From a plasmid, in the sequence record NZ_CP118109.1: 64,000 bases of DNA. One strand, given 5' to 3'. How positions within the stretch are numbered: the stretch's first letter is position 1; each line of letters starts with the position of its first letter. Position numbers and translations under genes: made by a program. Below the pieces are notes generated by a model. That model searched no databases, was not told where the DNA came from, and worked only from the letters and a program-made list of their open reading frames with translations. Below, piece after piece: positions 27,301 to 35,500 of this stretch.

Positions 27301-29476
27301 AATAGAGTACCGCTGACACCCCTCGCTCACCAACGAGTACACGACCTACACCGTTTCCGTTGGCTCCCGGCTCACGCATGAGCTGGTCTTTTTCCCAAAG
27401 GAAGCAGTAATATTCTTTATCGTTGTTAACTCGGAACTGAATCCCAATGACATCATCATCGTTGTGATCGTTAACCGTAACGCATGCAGAGAAGATGTAG
27501 TTGTCTTTATCTTTGTGAGCACCATTATAATATCCGCTGACTTCAATCTTATTTACAGTTAAAAGAAGCACGTCCCTAGCTCGGTTGTATTCCCATTTGC
27601 CACGAGTCTCATTGGAGCCAATAAAGTCCCATCCTGTAAATACATCAATAGGCTTTGCTGCAAACGCCTTCTCAATCGTTACGTTTTGACATACTTTCCA
27701 TCGTCCTTCGTAGCTCTGTGAAGTAATGATCTCACCTGATCCACTGGCTTCCCACGTGAAGTCTACTTCTGACTTCTGCTGCTCAGGATAGATCGTAACC
27801 TGATGTTCGATCGGATTGTTCTTCAGTTTGACGTTGCTTCCGCTGACTCCCGTCCACTTAGCGGTTGTCGTATTTGATTTTGCCTGTGCCGGTGAACTGC
27901 CGCTTTCTGCTACAATGCTTTCTACTAGTCCATTATCCGAAGCGGCTTGAGTTGTATAGAGCAGGTTCCCGCTGGCATCTTCAATCCTGAATACGGCATC
28001 CATCGGAAGTGAAGGCATGTCTACTGGCATAATCGATTGAATGAGGCTCCGTGCGTCTACATATCCGCCGCCAATATTTACGCCCAAGGTTTTATACTCT
28101 CCGGTAAACTCAAGCTTCTCATGGGCGAGGAGTGCATCTGCATTCATTGTCCAATCGCTTACGTATCCAAAGGTTAATGTGCGTTGGTTGTTCTTGTCAT
28201 CCAAATAGGTAGCAGATAATTTATAGTTGAATGCGTTACGCGCTCTTGGGTCATTCATGGAACGTTGCGGTACCGTAATTTTATATCCATCCTTATCTGG
28301 ATATTCCTCAATCGAATACACCTCTTGAATGTCCTCGGCTGCCCGCAGGTCTTCTGCTGTCACCTGCTCGTATGCACCGATCCCATTGATTACTCGGAGC
28401 TTGCCGCCCTCAATCAATCCAATATTCCCTTGATTAGAATAAAGCTCCACCGTTTTTGTGGTGCTCTTAAGTTCTGCATCTGGAGCAGGAGTTTCTACAT
28501 GATTGTAGCGAACCTTAAAGGTCTGCTCTTCATCCGTATTGCTTTGAATATAAATCTTCACCCAATAGATCTTAGGATTCTGCTCAGTCGTTTGAGCATA
28601 GATAAGACGCTTGAACTCAGGTCCTAGCAGGTTCCCATTTTCATCGGTTAGCTGAATTTGGCTGCCTGTGTAACGTATTACCTTCCCTGCTTCTCCTGGA
28701 TCACTATCGTAATGATACTTCAGCTCAAACTTATAAAACAGCGCACTGGATATTGTAGTTTCGTTCTGCGTAAATCGTCTAGTGATGTTGATATTCTTGG
28801 ATGGAAACCTGCTGTATGGCGGACGCATAATGATCGGCTGATCATCGGAAACCACATCAGCATAGGAGAGGACGCCGTTTGCATCCGGAACAACTAAGGA
28901 CTCAATCTGATCAATAGGGATTACATTTTCATTGACCGAAGAGGTGTCGATCAATGAAACGTTCTCTTCTACGTTGATCCGCGGACTATGGATATAAGCC
29001 AGATTGACATCGCCAGCTGGTACCTGTTCACCCACTCTGAGTGAAAGCTTGCCGTTAGGCAGCGCCTTATTGAACTCAAATAATTCAAGCCCATAATCTA
29101 ATCGCTGATCTTTATGATAATAAGCTACTGCTTTCATGGCTCCGTCAGCTGTTTGAACTTTCTGCTCTACTCCATCTTTATAGAAAACGACTGAAATATC
29201 TTTGTGACCTGATTTAGTCTGATAGCCGACAACCACGACTTTGTCGGATTGAATCCCATATTCCTGAATGTAATCATCAATCTGCTTCTGGAATGTTTCC
29301 TGCATACTCATTCCATCGCAAAGCGTCTGTCCGATTTCAGCTTGATTCATGGTTTCGTTAATCGTGAAGTAATCATCATATACAAATACCTTATCAAGCT
29401 CGGTCTGATCCTTTACTGAGATAATACATGCGATGCGATAAAAGTCTTTAATCACTTTTAATCTCCCTTCTTTCAC
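24305..29476 (-). CDS. Giant 1723-aa structural (fibre/adhesin-like) protein. It contains a jelly-roll / lectin-like block (YYCFLWEKDQ ... GSYGICNISQ) that recurs twice in the 2787-aa protein.
   Basis: The track start is the GTG at 29476. The functional start is more likely the next in-frame GTG 21 nt downstream, which has the SD AAGGGAG 7 nt upstream. The shared domain shows as block similarity to 29500-37863. Confidence 0.55.
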   Translation of the reverse strand: MKEGRLKVIKDFYRIACIISVKDQTELDKVFVYDDYFTINETMNQAEIGQTLCDGMSMQETFQKQIDDYIQEYGIQSDKVVVVGYQTKSGHKDISVVFYKDGVEQKVQTADGAMKAVAYYHKDQRLDYGLELFEFNKALPNGKLSLRVGEQVPAGDVNLAYIHSPRINVEENVSLIDTSSVNENVIPIDQIESLVVPDANGVLSYADVVSDDQPIIMRPPYSRFPSKNINITRRFTQNETTISSALFYKFELKYHYDSDPGEAGKVIRYTGSQIQLTDENGNLLGPEFKRLIYAQTTEQNPKIYWVKIYIQSNTDEEQTFKVRYNHVETPAPDAELKSTTKTVELYSNQGNIGLIEGGKLRVINGIGAYEQVTAEDLRAAEDIQEVYSIEEYPDKDGYKITVPQRSMNDPRARNAFNYKLSATYLDDKNNQRTLTFGYVSDWTMNADALLAHEKLEFTGEYKTLGVNIGGGYVDARSLIQSIMPVDMPSLPMDAVFRIEDASGNLLYTTQAASDNGLVESIVAESGSSPAQAKSNTTTAKWTGVSGSNVKLKNNPIEHQVTIYPEQQKSEVDFTWEASGSGEIITSQSYEGRWKVCQNVTIEKAFAAKPIDVFTGWDFIGSNETRGKWEYNRARDVLLLTVNKIEVSGYYNGAHKDKDNYIFSACVTVNDHNDDDVIGIQFRVNNDKEYYCFLWEKDQLMREPGANGNGVGRVLVGERGVSAVLYYKNPDPNKFNSAYEAETNMTKYMSDYGFKNRKKGIFKASPTTLPPYSDALHPNCQYKSDRTETSFENITSNVNYNAKGWVPGETYKIRVVVAGSKFQVYIGNDTSDDALGTLVCEAEDSTYSKGSYGICNISQENALWSKLKFTELDVHELCTDWENVTLTSNDWVKVSDKKPADILTPLIEQYMKDTYGDGMPYTVTTPSVVGDPVDLRAEVRNDGYIWAVTNSSQAGGTLSTPWLTSDNRKNITGTGKAVMRADGVMNVTLTPPMLTKDNIPIEIQNFSWNRIWATSGEGVSIRINGDNSVSAEVDVPPIIAIGAPLTLPLEGTDKIYKQEGMKSMGLLFGTGNILEKLNIPSSVPANELLLRIERGDAAGNNRENRVNYRWHYNWQNREYFEVDQANRGVNRMRMKNILQPGTKNVIEGLTADLVAWTTFEELESVPVLAIKIDDDKKIEMEKPKVERDNTEIDNWYVRVKNGRVKKRYVLPYYEAGEKVPQLYVYYPELIPYAPMNPEERKEIIMDYTVPEYTNQEFYNEPVILIDREHPVILNDKAIQVGFTPIAMASEAGVSYLEVEAIRMNQSRKLRVSDIDAKKGIIYLHDRIRDQDEVIVRYAYVEDWYTYRGYNRSGEFFHLDLNPSPGHRFTMAQDGFHEWVPGDVTLRESYTTTEKQSNELLVRQMHVYLRPTSIWIQEESGPQLISGTTRNQAIFHTDDGYWFEPDDYNYDPSMLRLGKVTVQANSSLKKDVVIMDTRTRGGGLDEALSKAVIAKVNKESLYHWDIGYFDGEAYQENGVIIVRLPRSILATPNNPNGFSEAEVQAAVAKHKGYGILPIIEYYDPQPTDLNVLGNPEFLYGKHLNEYNANLSSGLYFINQQDLGTGDNSILQIAEGGVYGILLSTANLEYSDYTLDIKAKKMSKAEDRSAAVIRYAYRNGETAEVPMATINSEDWMIYTADIMNDGNVDSIIIQVNSKEAKGGILVDYVKMFPKFTEIDGVEFIEL

Positions 29477-29489
29477 CTATGTAAAAAGC

Positions 29490-29512
29490 AATAGGGGTTT
29501 TATGCCCCTATT
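29490..29512 (-). terminator. Hairpin spanning the stop codon of the 2787-aa gene, with a U-run after it. Candidate attenuator between the two giant genes.
   Basis: 8-bp perfect stem AATAGGGG / CCCCTATT with the loop CAUAAAA, which contains the TAA stop. It is followed by GCUUUUUACA and then the RBS of the next gene. Confidence 0.4.
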
Positions 29513-32500
29513 ACCTTCAGGTAGATGAAGTTGCTTGCTGTTTCACCTTCCATACTGTAAGAAGCTGTTACAGTAATATTGCCTTGCTGTTCATTCAAAG
29601 CGGATATTGTCCACTCTGCTTGGCCATACACATTTGTCGTCATTTCAGAAGTAGTGATATCACCTTTCGTATCACGACAAACAATCTTAATTCTCTCCCC
29701 CGCCACGTTCTCCCAGTTCTCATTTCGAAGCGTAATGTAGACGGTTGCCTTATCATCCTGCCCCGCTTGAATCGCAGCCTTACTGGTTTTCACTTCAAGG
29801 AAGTAGCGATCCTTCATATTAGGAACATAGAAGTTTAGGAGTGTTTGGTTATTTAAGTCTTCGCAGATAATCTGATATGCGCTAATCATTTCAGCTCTAG
29901 GTACTGGCTTATCATAAACGTAAATTTCACCTGCACGGTTTGTTGGACCGCTGTAGATCAATTCTCCATCACGATATACATCCACGTTCTTGTTCTGAAT
30001 AGGATTGTTGTATTTGTCCAGTACCTTCCCTGTCACAAGGACCTTTCCTAATCCATCGGAAGATAATGTCTTTGGTGATACATTGATCTCTACAGATTTT
30101 GGTGTGTCCAATATCTTGTTGGTCAAGTAAAGGAAGCCCTTGTGATTATGAGTAAGCAGCGGATTCAGTGCGATTTCTTTTGCACGATAGAACGGACTAA
30201 ACGCATCGCCTTCATAAATTATCTCCATATCCTTCATCTTGTCTGGATCATAGTTCGAATGAAGAACAATCTTAGCGACATCATTATTCGGATCGTGGTT
30301 ATAGTCTACAAAATAGCTGTACATTAAGCTATATTCGAAGTTCATTATATCACGGTTTCCTATATTGTTCATGAACTGAATCGACGATCTCTCTGCATCA
30401 AATACATATTTGTCTGCTGAAATTGTAACGCCATTCAATTTAACAACAAGGCTGTCCGGGTCAATGCCTTTATAGGTGAGATAGTACTTACCATATCCGT
30501 TTCCAGTCAGCTCTTCTTTATAGGTTAATGTCTGCTGAATATCAATGAGCAAGCCATCCTCGTTAAAGACTTCTTCATAGAATGCCGTTTTGCGAAGGAT
30601 ATTCCCTTCATTATCCCTTATGATCATCGGAGCTCCCTGTTGTGGCCGAGGTTGAATGAGAAGCTGGTGATCAACCGGAGTCATTACATGGCGGGTCTTC
30701 TTCGCATATAGGTAGTGCTCTTTATCTTTGAAGTAGTAATAGCCATTATGAATCATTGGACTCCATGGCATCGGAGTGGCTTCTTTTACTCTGGCATTTA
30801 CCGCATAGCCTAATCGAGGTGTAAAGAAATCAGGCGAGATCATAGTTCGATCTGTTGCCGGGTGTGACCATTCCAGCTTCACACTGGCCGTGCCTTCATT
30901 TTCGAAATAGTTAGCGTTGAAGTCGTACCATTTGCCTCCTTGCAGATCAATGCTGCCCACATGAGTCATTGCAGATTGCAATACCCATTTATCAATGATG
31001 AGCTTCTTATCAATCCAGAGTCTGAATCCATCGTCTGAGGTGGAGTAGAAAGTATAGGTACCCGATACCGGCGCATAGATGCTTCCTTTCCAGTTGATTG
31101 CAAATCCATCGTTTGGTGTCCCCTCATCGGTCGGCTGAATCGGATCAATGTAAGGCTCTGGCTGATCCGGACTGTAAACGTCCACTGATGTATCCGGTGG
31201 TAAGTGCCCTCGGTTTATTTCACGGTAATCAAGCCAAGCAGGTTGCTCAGGCGTGGATGCCGGACGCGTAATAACGGTAGCCGATACCTTAGCATCATCA
31301 CTAGATGTAACGATACCTCCTGTTGTAAAGTGCGTCTTGTAATCACTCGTATCGTTCTTGATAAAGTATTGAAGCGACACATCACTGCGTGAGAATCCAT
31401 GAGCACTTAGGAAGCTATTTAATTCGCTACTGAAGAACTCAATCATTCGCTGGTCGTTAACCACCATCTCTTCGGTTCGCAGACTGTCGGTCAGCGATTT
31501 TGTCTTCTCTGCACTCATCGGTTTCCGGATCGTTTCTTTTAGAATTTTCGAGGTGCTGAAATTCCAGAAATACGTATTAGGCTGTGATCTTGTTACTGGC
31601 CCCCATGCCCCTGCAATTAATGCATCCGGTGCGTTGTCCACAATATCAAATTTTAATACGTCATTGGTATAGACTTGGATCGACTGTCCGACGACTCTCA
31701 CACGGATCTTGTTCGTTTGATTTCCTCCATAAGCCCAGGGTTCGGGAAGGTGAGCAAGCTTCACTTTGTTATAAGTGAGCTGTGCTGTTCCGTACTGAGA
31801 TGGGTTTGTACAGATGTTTCGATATATAGCCATCCCTCTTACATCCATGCCATCTGCATCCCACTCAAACGAATAGAAGTTTTTAGTGGCAGGGCTGAAG
31901 CGGAAGATTGCACCATACATATCATTATCACCTGAATTGATCTCTTGCACCAAGAACTCGAAATCATAATCCGTCATGTCTACATGTTCGGGATTGTACC
32001 ATCCAGAGCGGTAGCTTTGATTAGCAAGATTCGTTACTTTGTCATAACCAGCTTCGGGCGGGCCGTGCCAGTTTCCTACATCTGATCCAATGTTTTCATC
32101 GAACTTATTCCATACGCCAGTGAAGTTACTGGTGTCGATGACTTCGGATGAAGGATAGCTGATCTCCATCTCGACATTCAGATTAAATTTAATCTGATCA
32201 GGAATCACGGCCATCATGCGGAAACCGGCAGGTTCCAGGCTTTCCGTGAATGGCGACTGCGTACCCCAGTTGAAGTTAATGAAAGGATCGATGCGGGACA
32301 TCTTTACATTACCAAGGTAATTTTCTTTCTGCGGATCGAAGCGCTTGGCCACCCTGTAGGACTGCAAGTGAACCCAGTCTTTAGGCATGAGTAATTCTTT
32401 ATCCACCGTAAGAATACGACCGCTGATGCTATATTTCGTTTCATCCAGCTTAGCCCCATTTAAGTATACTTCTGGAGATAGCTGCGGCTCATTGGATAAA

Positions 32501-35500
32501 TCAAACGTATTATCAATCTCACCTACACCGTACCTGATTCGAATGACACCTGGCGTCACATAACTTCCTCTAATCTTAAATGTCTGACCATCAATGTAGT
32601 ACCCGTTTGTCGTGCTTTCTGGAATCTCCACATCATTTTTTCTAACCGAAAGAACCTTGTAAGGCGGTACATCATACATCGGGAAGTCTGTTTGCATTGG
32701 CAGCTCTTTGATCTTGATTCCGCCTGCAGAGTAATTCACCTCAATGACATCTTCATTTACAATTGGTGCCGTTATAATGACATCCTTACGATCCATAGCG
32801 AAAGCCGTAATCGAAGTGCCGTTCACTTTGACCGAAACAGAATCGGGGTCTGGCACATAGCTCAGACTAAGCACCTTACGCACCTCAGTGCCAATGTTGG
32901 TTGTCACCATATAAGTGGTCTGTGCATTGCCTTGGTTGAATACGCTGATGATCCATGTTCCCTCAATCGGCAGCGTGAAGGTCATTACTTCTGCATGTCC
33001 GTTGTCTCCAGAGTGCGTATACTGTCTGCAGCTTAAGAAATCGGATGCAGTTGTTCCCGTAGCAGACCAAGTTCCGTTCATATATTTAACACCAAACTGT
33101 TCACCGTTCGGTGCAGTCACAAGCAGGTCAGGATATTTATTTCCTGTATCAATCATGAAGTTGGATGCGATTTTAAGAATTGGCTTTCCTGCAGGAACAT
33201 ATACTGTCGCCACCTCGGACTCCGTAGCTCCTTGAATGGTTCCTCTCACCGGCGCACTGCCGGGAATGAACGTTTCGGTTGCAGGTAGTCCCGGTGTATT
33301 TACTGGAGCCACGGCTTCTTCAATGACAAACACCTGCTCTTTGATTTGAAAGCTGCCGCCGACAACAAACTTCTCAAGCACGTTCTCAATCTCTTGAGGG
33401 TAGCGATAGTACGTTCCCAGGAGCCCTGAAGAACTCCCCTCTGCTTGAGTTGGCCAGACAGAAACAAACGGATTGTTACTGATGACTTCAACGCCTTCAA
33501 TAGAAACATTATCATCATAGTCTTCCTGATCATCTGGATTGATGGAGATCGGATCGCTTATGGTTGTTGTCGTATTCAGATCTGCATGAAATCCTCTCTC
33601 ATCTTCATGCCAGCTTGTGTACCAATCGGTATACCAAACGTAGGCATCTTTGAAATCAGAGCTGAACGTAACCGTTTTTCCCCCGGCATCGATGTTGTAA
33701 CTTACACGCTCGTCGCTGACCTCGATATACGGGCCTGTAATGTTGACCATATTCTCAGGGATGAACACTGTATTCGTTGGAACGCCGACCATGTTTGCTC
33801 GACCAGCTGAGTCTCCGAAGAATGGGCGCTTTCCATTAACCTTTCCATATCCAATTTCTTTCCCTGTTGTATAAGGGATATATCTTGGATCTTCATCACA
33901 CTTCACCACAACACGATCATTCTGCCGATCCGTCTTGATGATGGGCTTGCCAGTCAACTGGTTAATAGGCAGTCCGCTGTTGCGGGTTGTGATTCCCGGC
34001 TGGCTTTCCCAATACATCCAAGTGAATGTCTGCTTGCCGATAGGCTCCTTGTACAGAAGATAATGAACGTTGTCATAGATGCCTGGCATCGGCGTGTTTA
34101 GATACGGCTCGATGTAATGTTCATGGTTTGGCGGGATATCAACAAAGCTATCTTCTTCACTATTAACGATTCCTTCATTCAGGATATCGGCAGGAAATAT
34201 GCCCTTGTACCACTCTGTTGTTTTGAGCATGAGTACATCGGACGGATCGTGATGAATGTCTACTGCTCCGCTATTCTGCCATTTCCAAGCGTCATACTGC
34301 TCGTTTACGGTTCCTGAGTTATCGTGGAAGGTTAATGTGTAGGTTGCCCAGTTGCCGCCCACAAAGTCCGTCAGAGGCCGTCCTGCGACCCATCCTTCAT
34401 AAGCAAATACATTATGCTCATAATCAATCTCGGTCGTTACAATCTCGGGCTCAGTCTCCCACATCAATAGTCGCTCTTGCGTGAAGTCCTTCTCCGCATC
34501 ATCAGCAGCTGGCTTCACTAGTGTAAAGGTTGGCACGACACTGCTTGCAGACATTTCTGGATGATCACTCTTGAATTTAGCTAGCTCTGCTTTAAAGAAC
34601 TCCTGAGCATTCGTATAGACTTCGGCAGCCGTATTCAAATCAATATTGTCGGGTGTAATTCGAATCTGGCCACTCTTCGTAAACTTCTGCGTGATTGGCT
34701 CTCCTGCATTAGGTGGATTGTTAGACTTCACCACGATGGCTCCCGTGACAGATGCTGTAATACTGCCGGCAGAGCTATCCGTTAATTCGCCAGCTACTTC
34801 TGTGACTTCATATTTCTGTGATGGCGAGCTGAGCTTGGATACGACTTGATTCTTCACGTATTCTCTACCAGAAGAAGAAATCGTTTTACTTCCGATACCC
34901 GTATATTTATCATAGCCGGTTTCCGGAATACGCCCCTCGATCTGATTCCACTCACGTACACGGATACCATGAAACTGAACAGCCTGAGAGATATTGCACA
35001 TCCCAAAGCTTCCTTCTTCCCAATCAGTATTGAACTCGAAGATTTTCGCATAGTCACCGCTTAAACTGTGGCGGATATGAAGCTCTACTTTCTTGCCCAT
35101 GGAGCGAACCATCATACTTTGCATGACATTGAAATCCCATCCATTGCCGCCACCTAGATCATTTACATTAACCCTACTCATTACTCCATCGGTTACTTTA
35201 TAGATGCGTCTATGCTGTGTCTTCCACCCCATGCTCTGTGTATACAGCCGCCATTCCGATTCGGTCTGATAGCTGGCTCCTCTTACGGATCGCGCGTTCC
35301 ATTGTTCTGGTGTCCCAGTGTAGATATTGAACCCTTCCAAGTTGTCACCTGTACGGTTTGAGTTTCTTGCACGCTCATGGCTTTCAATCAGCAGCATGTA
35401 GAAGTTCCGTTTATCTCTTGCTTTGAAGATTAGTCCGATAAGGTCATCGTCTGCAATACCTGATGAGTCGCCCGCAATTGGCTTGTAATCAAACTCAGCT

